Part shown: positions 1 to 12,564 of the stretch, one piece after another
How the letters are laid out: every line of letters begins with the position of its first letter
How positions within the stretch are numbered: the first letter of the stretch is position 1
Origin: Camelus dromedarius
Lineage: Eukaryota
DNA length: 64,000 nt
Direction: 5' to 3'
Assembly (NCBI RefSeq): GCF_036321535.1
Contig: NC_087438.1
Coordinates: forward strand, 12,774,001-12,838,000
Notes under the pieces: generated by a model
Seen by the model: only the letters and a program-made list of their open reading frames with translations
What the model was told of the DNA's origin: nothing
Database searches by the model: none
Program-made: the position numbers and the translations under genes

Positions 1-330
1 TTGGTCTTTCTCTATGAGAACATGGTATTTAATTTATTGATCTCTTATGTATCTCAGGAGAGTTTTAATATTTTCTTCACAAAACTTTTACAAAAGTTTT
101 ATTAAGTTTATTCTTTATTAGCTATTTTATTCTTTCTTTAGGCTGTCACAGTAAATGAGATCTCTGTTTTATATTATTTTCTGTTGTAAATTGCCTTCTT
201 TGCTTTTTCCTTTATAATTAGCTATTTTGTCTATGTTCGGTGATTCAGTTTTGGATTAATTTTTTTTCTTTCAATAATTTAGAATTATTTCAATTTGTTT
301 TTAGAATGCAGCTAAATCCTATTTTGGATT
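1..330 (-). mobile_element. Old L1M-type LINE fragment
   Basis: T-rich degenerate sequence resembling antisense L1M ORF2 (catggtatt...atttattgatctc...ttttcttcac); heavily diverged. Confidence 0.35.
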
Positions 331-1779
331 TTCTTTTTCAGTTAGAAAATACCTATTGTCCTTCCCTATAAAGGTGAGAACACTGGCAAAATTTTAATAT
401 CTTTTACTTCCTTCCCTGCAACTCAAATTTGGCTGGCAGATCTGTATTTTCTTTATTTATCACCTTTAAGTAATCTCTTTAAGTGAATTCTGGACTCTTC
501 ACAGTCAGTTCTTTTAAACATATCTATTTCCTGGAGCCAAGACGTTTTGACCTATAGCTTCCTCTGAAGGGGAGTGTGGTGTTCTACCCGTTGTTGTGGG
601 TAAGAGTTTGGGTAGAAATGTAGGAAAGTCTTGGGGAAAGACTATGAAGGTGTTAGATCTTTGGTTTCCCAGAAGGAAGGTCAATTTTGACCTTCCTAAT
701 TATCATTTGTCCCAGTTTAAAAAAAAAAAATGCTAGTAGTCCAGACATTAAGGACCTCCTGTGTTTTGCTTGTAATATTGAGGAACTGGTGGGCTTCTGA
801 ATCTATTTTGCAGCAGATCCACATATGATCGTGACTAGGGCCACGTACAATTCTTTACAAAAGAGAAGAAAGCAATTAGACCTATTGTGTTCTGAGACTA
901 TGCAGGGCACTTTACATACTCTTTCATTTAATCCTTGAGAGCAAGTGAACATGCGCAAAAACAAAAATCCCCCTTTAATTCCGGCTCTTTCCACTGTTGT
1001 GATGGCCACTTCCTGCCCTAATACACCCTCCTCCTCGTGGATGCCAATATTTTTACTTAGGGCATCTTTCTTTTCACCAAGACTTTGATCCTTTACAAAA
1101 TATGAATCAGACATTTTCCAGCATTTAAATGTATTACCAGTTCCTTGCACATGAATATGGATGACATGAGCAGAGCATTTAGCCAATAATGTGCGATCTA
1201 GGCACTTTAAGAACAGTGTCAGAGATTTTGAGCAGGAAAATAGGAAAGAATGAGGAAGACAGGGGAACTGAATATAAAATATTTCCCACTTTTGTCCTAG
1301 AATAAACCTGTGTAAGTGCTGAGATGGAGGTTTGTACCAATAAATACATGTGTTCTAATTACCAGTTCTGTCTAAAGAAGGGAAAATGCACTAGGTTACA
1401 AAAACCTAATGAGTGAGGATAGAGAGGACTAGGTCAGAAACAGATAAGGAGAAATCACTGAAGATGAAGAGGATGATGGAGGCATCAAAGGTCCTAGAAC
1501 AGGTGTAGTTATCATTAGAGAGGGTGGTTATAGGTGATGTAACAGGAAGGGCCCTGGGAAGCACTCCCTTTATTTCCATTCCTACTCCTGGTCCTGTGTC
1601 CATTGCCTACGGCCCCAACTTGAGTGGACAATTCTACCCCCAGCTTGTCTTTTCCTGCTTGAGTTCACTTCAGTTCAGCTCATCCTGGGTCTAGACAATC
1701 ATTACATGTGATCTTTGGGAATCATAGGCTAGATTATTCACTGAACATTAGTTAAGGCTATTCCTTTCATCTAAAAAGA

Positions 1780-2222
1780 TTTTTAAAAATTAATTCACTA
1801 ATTAATTGATTTATTTATTGATGTATAGTCAGTTACAATGTGTCAATTTCTGGTGTACAGCACAGTGTCCCAGTCATGCATATACATACATATATTTGCT
1901 TTCATATTCTTTTTCATTATAGGTTATTACAAGATATTGAATATATTTCCTTGTGCTGTACAGAAGATATTTGTTTTTTTTTAAATCTATTTTTATATAT
2001 AGTGGCTAACATTTGCAAGTGTCAAACTTCCAAAGTTACCCCTTCCCACCCACTTTCCCTGGTAACCATAAGACTGTTTACTATGTCTGTGAGTCTGTTT
2101 CTGTTTCATAGGTGAGTTCATTAGTGTCTTCTTTTTTTTTTTTTTTTTTTTTAAGATTCCACATATGAATGATATCATATGGTATTTTTTTTTCTCTTTC
2201 TGGCTTACTTCACTTAGAATGA
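1780..2222 (-). mobile_element. 5'-truncated camelid-type L1 (ORF2 end plus 3'UTR)
   Basis: Antisense L1 motifs ctggcttacttcacttagaatga and agattccacatatga; homologous to copies at 45505 and 62778; ORF 1993..2178 gives L1 ORF2-end-like MISFICGI. Confidence 0.9.
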
Positions 2223-2689
2223 AATGTTTTCTTAATCATTTTCACAAATTATTCAAAGATTTCCTTTCAGTGGTGGCCCTGATCAGTCTAGCTAGAAACC
2301 CTTGGTTCCATGGCTCTCATTCCCACTGCCTTGCCAACAGTAGGTTCCATGCTGTCTAATGCTTTGTTGGGGTTTTCCTATAACTGCCAGACTGTAGACA
2401 TTTTCCCTATGGGGCTGTGCCTTAAATAATTATCTGTAACCTTATACCACGCGTAGAGATAGAAATTTCTCTCCTCTGAAGCAAATTATCTGCTTCTGTT
2501 ACAGATTCCTACTCTTTTTGTCCAATTTTCTAGAATGTTTAGTCTTTCCATTCTTCACTAGTTTTGGGATTTTTCTCTTGGCACCTCAGCCTCTCAAGAG
2601 TCTCTCATCTTTGAAAACCTAAGCAGAGAAAGAAACACAGACCTCCCCCCCCCTACAGCATTTGTGATGGAGTAGGTGAGAATGGGAAC

Positions 2690-2936
2690 CTGTTATCATA
2701 ATCCTACCCATCTCACCCTGGACTAGGGTAGCTGACTCTTGTGTGTCCTCTCAGGTCCCTGGACACCTTTGTTTCTATCACTGCTCTTGTCAAACACCAC
2801 TGTAATTGCGCATTTATTCATCTTTTTTCTTTACTTACAAAGACCTGTCACCGCTCTGAGAAAAGTGATTTTTCTTACTATTTCTTTGTATTTCTCAAAA
2901 CTAGCACAACGACTTTTTAAAAGTGAATAAACGAAA
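2690..2936 (+). mobile_element. L2 LINE 3' end fragment
   Basis: L2-like tctttgtatttctc...ctagcaca...gaataaacgaa terminus. Confidence 0.45.
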
Positions 2937-3693
2937 CTCTAATCTAATGAAAACATCAATTATTGTAATATATTGTAATTCTAAAAGCTGTTCATAGGCA
3001 GACATAATCTTCGTTAATGTGTCTACATTTTTATAGTGTGCCATTAATCTTAACATTATAGAATATTGATTCACAGTCTTCATACTTTTAATTTAAATGT
3101 AGGAATGATATTTCATTAAATTGATGTGATAGCCTTTATTTGTGTGTTCTTCTATTGCTGGCCACTTTAACTATAAGCATTTCTTTTTATTTACAAAGAC
3201 ACTGATTCTACAGATCTGACATGACGTGTTCCCCCATCACTATCAACTGGGTGCTGAGTGGAAAACTTGGATCTTACACGAGGAAGGTGCACTGTCATCT
3301 GGCCTGGCCTGGATAGGGAAAGAGGATGACATACTCAAACCTAATTTTCTCTTTTATCATTTCATATTTCCTGTAATATTTGATTTTTTAGAATTATTAA
3401 GATGAAAGCCATGCCAAAAGCAAGGAATGAATGCTGGCACATCATCTTAGCACTACTGAAGCATGTCCGTTAAAATTGGACTCATATCCTGTTTTTGTTG
3501 AAATCTGTCCCAAATTTCAGCCTAGAACACACTGGCACTTGGGTTCTTAATTTTTAACCTGAACAAATGCCTGTGATGGATTGTCCTGTTCTCTGTTGCT
3601 CTGGGTTTGCTCCCACTGAAGCAGTTGCTGATGGTTGAATGCTGACTGAGGTTAGAGAGCTCTGTTTTGCCCCACAAACGAGGTATCAGACTG

Positions 3694-4017
3694 CATTATG
3701 GACTGAAACCCTAACCCTCAATGGGATGGTAATGGGGGGAAGGCCTTTGGGAGGTAACCAGGTTTAGATGAGGTCCTGAGGGTGGGTCCATTGTGATGAG
3801 ATCAGTATCCTTATAAGAAAAGAGTCTAGTTCTCTCTCTGCCATGTGAACACACAGTGGGAAGGCAGCTGTCTGCAAATCAGGAAGAGGGCTCTCATTAG
3901 GAATGAAATTAATTGACACCTTGATCTTGGAATTCTCAGCCTCCAGAAATAAATATCTGTGGTTTAAGTAATCCAGTCTATGGTAATTTGTCATAGCAGC
4001 CTGAGCTGACTAAGACA
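3694..4017 (+). mobile_element. MLT1A-type MaLR solo LTR
   Basis: ggcctttgggaggtaa...gtttagatgaggtc and terminal gcagcctgagctgactaagaca; perfect 5-bp TSD GACTG at 3689-3693 and 4018-4022. Confidence 0.9.
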
Positions 4018-4896
4018 GACTGGATAAACTGGAAGAAGGTGGTTCCAGCCATTTGGAGTATATAGAAAATGCTCAAGACCTCAAAATTTCAAAAATTCCT
4101 TCATATTTTGTATAATTTGGATTCCAAGGTTTTCATCTTCCTGGTTATTCATCTGTCATTTAGCTTTGGAATTGACAACTTTTTTAAAATGCAAGGTTCC
4201 TCAAGCATACGCTTCTAGATGTGGCTGGGTTAGCACTGAGAAGTGGGTCTACTATGTTCCTAATTCTGACCCACATTGTCCAAGAGTATAGCCAAATTTG
4301 GCATTTTTGTTTCTTTTTAGCAACCTCACCATTATTCAAAAATTCAATTCAACAATCATTTGTAATAAATGATGTTAACTCTGTCCTTTTCAAGGCAATG
4401 CCCTTAGGTTTTAAAATGTGGAGTCAGGGGCACAAAGGTGCTCATTAGGAGTGAGAATTTCAAGCCTGCAGGAAGAGGGGAAGGTGTCCTTACAGGGCAG
4501 TGGCAGAGTTTCTTCTGGGTAGACAGGATTTCATCCATCTCAACTCACTCCATATGCTTCGTTCACTCAGCCTAGGCATGTGGCCAACCTTGATTAGCAC
4601 AACTTGACCTCATGTTGCTCCTGCTAGTCTTTGTGAGAGAAAAATCTCATCTCCCTGTAGCAACTGCATGTCCAGTTGACAATGAAATGCTTATTACTTG
4701 TTTGTGCATTAATGAATTCATTCATTAATTCTTCCTGCTAATTCTGAGTTTCCAGTAAAAGTCCAATACTTTGGAAAATATAAAGGAGCATATAACATAC
4801 TCTTTTATGATTAGACTGCAGTTGAAAAATGTTAAATTGACTATAATCAAATGTCAAAAAGTTTTTTTTGAGGGAAGTTGCTAAATCTGGGTATCA

Positions 4897-5205
4897 TGAC
4901 AGACATTATTGTTGCTCACCAATATTTCTAATTCTCCTTTCCTTCCTGAGGATTACACTTCCCTGAACCTTAAAAGGAGGCATGACCAAGAGCCTTCTTT
5001 TGGCAAGAAAAGCAGAGCAATGAGCAGTGATGTGTGTCACTTTTAGAAAACGCTTTTTAAGAGTAGTGTGGTATCCACCCTGTTGCAAGAGACTGAAAGT
5101 TTCTTGAGAGGTTGGGATCATGAGTTGGTAGAGTTTATAGCATTCTGGGTTCCTGAATATTACAATGGGCAGAACGCCGACATGACTAGTGTTGGACAAG
5201 TAGTC
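4897..5205 (+). mobile_element. Old MLT1 (H/I-like) LTR fragment
   Basis: ggattacacttccctg...ttggcaag...gagcagtgatgtgtgtcactt...ctgggttcctgaa resembles older MLT1 LTRs. Confidence 0.5.
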
Positions 5206-5284
5206 TGCATGGGATTCACAGTAGGTGCTTATTGAATATTTTAGGGCAAAGCCATGTGCATGTATGAATATCCCTTAAGGTAAC

Positions 5285-5672
5285 TGTCTCAGCTTGGGGT
5301 TGGCTATAACAAAAATACCATAGATGCATGGCTTATAAATAACAGAAATTTATTTTCCACAGTTCTGGGGGATGGAAGTCCAAGCCTAGAGTCCTAGTAT
5401 GTTCAGGTTCTAGGGAGGGCCCTCTTCAGGCCTGCAGACAGATGACTTCTCGTATCTCCACGTGGCAGAGAGCAGAGCAGCAAAACAAGCTCTCCTGTGA
5501 CTCTTATAAGGATACTAGTCCCATTCACAAGGGCTCCACCCTTATGACCTTGTCTAATTCTAATCAACTCTCAAAGGCCCTACCTCCCAATACTATCACA
5601 TCTGGGGTGGGGTGGTGGTGGTGGGGTTCAACATATGAATTTTGGAGGAGCACAAACATTCAACCTTTAAGA
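5285..5672 (-). mobile_element. MLT1A0-type MaLR solo LTR
   Basis: Antisense motifs ggctataacaaaaataccatag, aacagaaatttatt..cacagttctgg, ttcaacatatgaattttgg; TSD GTAAC (5280-5284) / GTAAT (5673-5677). Confidence 0.9.
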
Positions 5673-7724
5673 GTAATGATGCATTTGTTTTTAGTGGAAA
5701 GGGTAGCAAAATTTTGGTCCTGATACTGGCAGAACTTGTTTTTATCTTGTAGGGCTACCATTCTAACATTTATCTCGGGGTCTTTATGCTTCTTCCATGA
5801 AAATTAAAGTTTGAGAAAATACTAACTGTTTTTACCAAAGAATACAAGTACTCAAGGTTAATCATTATATTGCTTATGTAGATTATCCCTAAATGAGATA
5901 GATGTGAATTTATCCGATTTTGCTTCAGCGTTCTTAGATAGAATATTTATCCCCTAAAAACTATTTTTGAGAATAAAATCGATCTTTTTCTTCTTTAATA
6001 TGTCTGGTGCTACTAAGAATTTTACATGATATATTGATTAAAGCTATGCTTGAAATATATATTTTAATATATACTGTAAATACATAAGGATGTATTTCAT
6101 ATAAAAGAAATCTCCTATTCTGAAAGCTGGACGAGAACCCAGGCACTGTGTACTTTGTTCTCTCTTTGTACAGGGACATAGAAGTCAACGTCAGAGAAGG
6201 TAGAAAAAAGTTCCTACCTTTCAGAAACATGCTGTTTGGGACCACGGAAATGTTTAATTAGTCAAAATTTTTGCCTATTAAAATGGAAGGCTTTCACAAT
6301 CATGCCGGGAGAAATATTTCAGCAGTTTAAAGTGATACCATCAACTTCAGAGTTTAGATAGTAGTGATCAGAAACACTTTAATTGTCACTTTGAAGTCTG
6401 CTACCTCCAGTAGTAGAGAGAAGGGAAGGGCTTCATTAGTGATTTATTGATCAAAGGAATACCTTTCATCAGACGGATAGATGATTTTTATATGTCTATC
6501 TAGTTAAAAGTAAAAAAAGAGCAAAAATATCATTTTTCCTTTTAATTTTGTATCATTTTAGCAAATGAGGGTGAGTGTGATGCATTTGTACTGGTTCTAA
6601 AAATACCGGCTGTTTCTTACCTTGTCACTAATTTCAGATGTGACTGGTGTCTGGGTCTCCCTGGGGCCACCTTAGTCAGAAGGGTGGTTCAAAGGAAAGT
6701 TCCTGGCTAGAAGTATCAGAATTGGTGTCTCAAATAATGCCTGGCTCTTGGTAAATATTTGGCAAAGTGATACTAAGTGTTTACCTTTAAACCTTGTCCT
6801 ATGGGAAAGCAGTGGTCTGTTGAATGTAAATTTATTTGCAAGGTTATAGGCTATGGAAATTAAAAACTGTTTTTACAAGTACATAGGGTGTCAAGGGAAG
6901 CAGATTACTGTATTTAAGGATGAATGCAGGGGAAGAGAGGCCACTGTGGCATTTGAAGGCATTTGTTGTTATACTGCATAAATTAGCTTAAATCTGCAAT
7001 TAGCAGGTGAATAGGTGATCTGCTTTTTTCCCCTCTTAATTTGATTGTTAGGTTTATTATTGAGTGTAGCTAAATAAGCATTATTTCCAAATGTGTATTG
7101 AAAGAAAGTAAAACTATTCTTTCCCTTTATTCACTGATGTCAAGGAAAAACTATTTTGAGAATCCTAAGGACTGGACTGTTCAAACGAACATGCTGATTA
7201 AACTAATCAACACTTCTTTTCTCTTCTACATCTGCATTGAAAATCAATTATTCACATCAATTTATCATATGTACTGAAGTAAAACATGAATAAAAAGGCC
7301 AGTTCTACGTTGTTTTCCATTGTTTAAATAGGACCCTACTTGGTACTTGTGTATCATCCTTTCATTTAAGTACCACCTTGGACTCGTAGCACCTTTGATA
7401 AAGCATTGTCAAGAACCTGGCATTAGGTAAACTTGATGTGTAAGCATTTCTGCAGTTAATCTGCATGCACAGGAGAAAACAAAGCATAGAGGTTTCTTAA
7501 AATATTTATCTGAAGTAAAAGACATTCATAAGAAAGGAATTTTATGCATTTATAAATAGGGCTCACAGGACAGACATCTTATCCTACAGATAAAATCAGT
7601 ACAATAATCTTATCTGACACCCTGTATTACTTTTTCTTGGGTAAGGTATTAAAAACTTTTAGGGACCTAAGATTCTGTCTCTGTAGCTCACTAGAATAAG
7701 GAATGGAGCAATTAATCATGAATG

Positions 7725-7890
7725 TAATGTGGTGTAGAAGATTCAGTACTGTATGTGGAGCCAGGAGGCCTGTGTTCCAGGGCTGGCTCTGTCACATACA
7801 GCCATACAACTTTGTTTATGCCAATTCACTTCAGGCGAACAGGATGCTAGCTCTCCCTTGGATGAACCATTGAATTTGTCTTCTTTTGAG
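7725..7890 (+). mobile_element. MIR SINE fragment
   Basis: tggagccaggaggcctgtgttccagggctggctctgtcac resembles the MIR 5' core. Confidence 0.5.
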
Positions 7891-8659
7891 TACTGTATAC
7901 CAAGAGATCCCAAATGTGGCATGTGGATCACAGGGGATCCTAAAACTCTTTCAGAAGAACTACAAGGTCAAAAACTACTTTCATAATAATATTAAAATTG
8001 AATGTTTTGTTCGCTGAAGTACAGTGTAAAAAGAAATGGAGTGTAAAACTTGAAGACACCGTAGTATGAATCGAGGCAGTGGTACTAAACTCTATAAGCA
8101 GTCATTGATCTTTTTACCACCATATATCAACAGTGAAAACAAAAAATTGCTAGTTTCACTCAAAAATATTTTTTGATGAAGCAGGAAAAATGATCGATTT
8201 CATTAAGTCTCTAACCTTACGCACACATCTTTTGAATATGCTGGTGATAATGTGGGATAGTCTGAGGAAAAACATTTATCCAATTGCTTGAGTTGTAAGC
8301 TGAGCTAGTTGGTTTTTTCCTGGGACATTAATTCCACCTTAAAGAACAGCCAACAGACATACTATGATTTTGGATATTAGTTAGGCAGACATTTTTCTCA
8401 AAAATGAATTAAGTGAGCTCGTCACTTCAAGAAAAACAAGAGAAAGTATTTGTAGCTAAGATAAAATTGGGAATTTCAAATGAAGATAAGAATTTTGGAA
8501 AATGTGTCTTTTGCCGTTGTTTGATGACTTTACAATTTGTAAAGACTCTTATGATAAGATGGGTGGTTGTTACGGGTGAATGTTTGTGTCTCCCAAAATT
8601 CATATTTTAAAGCCGTAATCCCCAATGTGGTGATATGCTGAAGTGAGACCTTTGAAGGT

Positions 8660-9051
8660 CGTTAAAAAAACCAAAACAACCAGCCCAAAATGGAGTTGCT
8701 TACGATAAGCCACTCGTCACAAAACCAAAACTTAATTACAGTTTCAGCTCTCCCAGAAGAGACTCTTAAACCAGTCCATCAGGAATGACCTCATCAGCAG
8801 TAGTTAGATACTCTGCCCGGTAGCCCCTGCCATCTGCAAGGAAGGTAACCTTGCAGTGGCCCACCTGCCCTTCCATCTGGTGTAACTTCCTTGATCCCAC
8901 TCCCTCTGCTTGTAAAAGTCTTTCATTTTATACAGCTCATCAGAGCTCTTTTCTGCCTGCTAGGTTGGAGGCTGCCTGATTCAAATCGATTTTTGCTTAA
9001 ATAAAATTTTGCTCTTAAAATTTTAATTTTGTCTCAGCTTATCTTTTAAGA
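8660..9051 (+). mobile_element. ERV1-class solo LTR (MER57/MER65-like end) inserted in the MLT1A LTR
   Basis: Splits the MLT1A between tttgaaggt and gagggaattaggcttag; has aataaa and an ERV1-like U5 end ggctgcctgattc...ttttaa(g)a. Confidence 0.7.
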
Positions 9052-9196
9052 GAGGGAATTAGGCTTAGACAAAGTCGTGAGGGTGAGGCCTCCATTTTGC
9101 GATTGGCCCCTTGTACAAAGAGGAAGGGAGACCAGACCGAGTGCATTCACTCTCCCGTCTCTCTGTCTGTCTGTCTCTGGCTGCCTGATTCATTCA

Positions 9197-9292
9197 TGTG
9201 AGGACACAGCCGGAAGGGGGCTGTTTGCAAGGCAGCAAGAGAGCTGTGAGGACACAGCCGGAAGGGGGCTGTTTGCAAGGCAGCAAGAGAGC
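9197..9292. repeat. Perfect 48-bp tandem duplication
   Basis: tgtgaggacacagccggaagggggctgtttgcaaggcagcaagagagc at 9197-9244 and 9245-9292, identical. Confidence 0.97.
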
Positions 9293-11386
9293 TCTTGTCA
9301 GGAGCCAACTTGACCTTGGGCTTCTCGGACGCCAGGACTGTGAGTAATAAATGTCTGCTGTTGAAGCTGCCCAGTGTGTGGCACTTTGTTAGAGCAGCCT
9401 GAGCTGAGATAGTGGTGATGTTAATGAATGTGAGTTTTTGATAGTGTGTAATAAATAATTTAAAAATTGGAAGAGCCTTATCAATGATCTCAAACAGCTA
9501 TTGAAATACTCCACTCTGTCCCAAGTAGACATCTGTGTGGCGCCAAGTTTTCTTCACATACATATATGCTTCATATAAATTCTTTGTATACTTTAACCAA
9601 AGCAACTTATCATACTAGAGTGAACTCACAAACACAGACAAGAATCCAGCTGTCCTCTATTAAGCCAGATGTTAAAGAGATAGGCAGAATTGTAAAACAC
9701 TGTCACTCCTCACTTTTTAATTTTTCTTTGAAAATGTAATTATTTTGCATGAAAAATGTCATTTATATTAACATATCATGGGTTTATCAGTTACTTAAAA
9801 ATTTGATAAAACATTTCTCAGTTGCAATTTCTAATCTGGTAAGTAATGATAAAACCCACATAAACGAAAGTTCTTTGATATCTTCACTAATTTTTTAAGA
9901 ATGTGAAGGGGTCCCAGGGCTTACAAGTTTGAGAACTGCTGATCTAGCCTATCCTTGGGTTCACCTTCTCTTTTTCTGTCACTCTTTCAGAGTCACTGGG
10001 ACAACACTGCACAGTGACCATGGCTGCCAGATCACCCTGAGTCCAAGTCCCAAATTCATCTCTTCTATTCCTTGAGGTACGAGGTCTGAGGTTCAGCCCC
10101 GGTGCTGATCTCCTGGAGTCTTTACCAAAACCCACTGTTGTCTATATATGATGGGGGGCACTTCCCTTGTCCACATCCTCAGGGGCTTCCAGTTTGTCTG
10201 CTGCCCTGCAGCTGAGCTGTGGATACCCTGCATCTCAGGGAGACCTTTCTGTCTGATGTGTTCTCCAAAAGTCTCAGTCATGTGCAGCTGAGCATGGAGC
10301 CATTCTGGTTTTCTATACTCTTTTCTTTCCTAGTGCTGGCTTCCAAACAAAACCCAAACCAACCAAATATAACACAACAAACCACCATGCCAAACACCCC
10401 TGGCTCCTCCTACCGGCTGTTCAGACAAGGGAGCCCTGTCCCAATGGCAGCTGAAGTTCAAGCTGGATGCTTTGCTATCGTGACCTTTTCTTTTATTGAA
10501 TGAATGTTAAGGTGCAAATAGCCAACAAACTTTGCTTTTCCTGCCGCTAATCTTTTAAACTCAGACTGTGGGATAGTTTCCTCCATGTCCCTGGATGAAC
10601 TCGGAGGTCTACCTCAGGTTTTCATTTGATTATGCTTAGCTCATAATGAGCCCAAATCAAGCCCCGAAGAACAGTCTCACTTCAGTCATTAAAATGTCCA
10701 GACTGGAGTAATCATCAGATTCAAAGATTGAAAATTAATGCTTCTTTGTTTGGCTCCAGCATGAAAGGGCTGTTCATTCCCCATTCATCTCTCAGTTTCT
10801 CTGTTTCCGTCTCTGTCTGTCTGTCTCTCTTTGCTATTGGCTTAGACCACCAGCATCAGACTCCCTTTTGACTCTCTATTTTGCACATGTAAACCAGGTA
10901 TCAATCAAGGCTGATCTTTTGTCAGTGGCAGAACCTTACTGGTTAAACTATATAGAAATACATCTCCAAATTTGGTAGGTAGGTTACCCTGAGTTCCCCA
11001 ATCGAATTGGCATCTCCTTCTCTGTTCCCCTTCCTCCATGATTTTCCTTACTTTTCCACCATCTAGCAATGGAAAGATATAATCTAGAACCACAGGGCTT
11101 CAAGGTCCCCCTCCAGCTTCTGTGTTCTAGGCCTGGGGGCTCAGCCAGATCAGTAAATACCTCATTTTTAACAATCAGTCCCATTCTATTTGGTATGAGC
11201 ACAAATCCATCAAGAATATTTGTGTCATTAATAACTGCTTTCTGATTGGAAGCTCGTATTAGCTTCTATTCTAGAGGACTAGGACAAAAGTATAGGGGCC
11301 CGGGAAAATTATCACAACACTGAAGAACGACTTGGCAATACTTTAGAAATAATTTTCTTATCTATGTGAATGTCTGTTTCCATGAC

Positions 11387-11390
<4 letters not shown>

Positions 11391-11434
<44 letters not shown>
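11391..11434. repeat. (TA)16(CA)6 compound microsatellite
   Basis: Read directly. Confidence 0.95.
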
Positions 11435-12310
11435 GTATATGTAGTATATTAATTACATATAAGAGTGTGTGTGAGCACATAGAAAGTTTGACACTATTGG
11501 GAACATTAAAATACATAGAGAAGTGACAGTTTATCACTGAGAACACAAAACATCAAAGAGAAGAAACTGTGAGTGGTGGCAGAAAATAAAAAGATAATTT
11601 ACTGGAGAATCACCTGAAGGAAAAAGTAGTGGAAATAAAGCAAACCATGGACTCTAGGTTTTCAAATATACAACAACAACAACAAAAAAAAAAAATGTAG
11701 AAAAAGTGTTCTATTTAATCAGTTTAAAATGGCATTATTTTGAACCATGAACATTCTCTTAGTTTCACATTGTCTTCCTTCCGTGTTCACTTCTTTCCAT
11801 CTCTACTTCCGTCATCTCCTCACTGGAGCTGTTTGGTATCATGCAGTAATTTATATCCACTTATTTAAAATAAAACCCTTATCACACCAAGCAGGAGAAG
11901 AAAAATGAGTCTTGTGCTCAAGAGAGAGTGCCAAATGCCTGATCAGCGTAAAGAGAAGAGCAAGACGGAAGGAGAGAATTGTTGCCTTAAGGCATTCTGA
12001 GACATTAGTAGGTCAGAGATGAAGACAGGGAGATAATTCAGAACTGAGGACCTAATATGGTGGCTAACGTTTCTCAAAGGAGCACAAGAGGCGTGTGATG
12101 TGTTTTGAAAACATAGATGAGCATGTACTGAGGATTCTTGCAAGTCTGTGGTGCTGCCTTCCATGATCTAGGGCCACTGCCTAGTGACAGAAGGATGCTA
12201 TGTTGCTAATGTAGTGGGTGCTGCCTGCTTAATGTCCCACAGATTTTCACTCTTCAGTGAAATGAAGAACTACCTTTTGACTCAGTGAGTCATACATTTT
12301 GGTTATTTTA

Positions 12311-12457
12311 TTGTTAAAAATTTTTTTGGGGGGGAAGGCGACGTAATTAGGTTTATTTACTTATATATAATTTTTTAATGGAGGTGTTGGGGATTGAACC
12401 TAAGACCTTGTGCATGCTAAGCACACACTCTACCACTGAGCTATACCTTCCCCCAGG
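12311..12457 (-). mobile_element. tRNA-derived camelid SINE (vic-1-like)
   Basis: Antisense of ggggaaggtatagctcagtggtagag...ggttcaatcccc (A and B boxes) with A-rich tail; 13-bp TSD tttggttatttta at 12298-12310 and 12458-12470. Confidence 0.92.
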
Positions 12458-12564
12458 TTTGGTTATTTTAGACATGAGTGCTTTTGTATCCCTCAGATCA
12501 ATCTAACTCTGGAAACTTTTTGAACGTGAAACTGCTAGATTAGGAGTTAAGAAATGGTGGCAGG

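Larger units (their letters stand above)
8568..9411 (+). mobile_element. MLT1A-type solo LTR inserted in Charlie1
   Basis: Starts tgttacgggtgaatgtttgtgtctcccaaaattcata, ends gcagcctgagctgagata; perfect TSD GTGGT at 8563-8567 and 9412-9416. Confidence 0.9.
7901..9941 (+). mobile_element. Charlie1-family hAT DNA transposon (internally deleted, interrupted by nested LTRs)
   Basis: Left end ggggatcc...aggtcaaaactactttcataataat; right TIR aagtttgagaactgctg; decayed transposase motifs (ADIF/SKMN*VSSSLQ near 8385-8430; YLCEAGFS-like atctgtgtggcgccaagttttcttca near 9530). Confidence 0.85.

Noticed and set aside
9077..9313. ORF with repeated peptide SCEDTAGRGLFARQQE
   Set aside because: By-product of the 48-bp duplication inside an MLT1A LTR
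10090..10110. REST/NRSE site
   Set aside because: Only the TCAGCACC half-site is present (- strand); no GGACAG half
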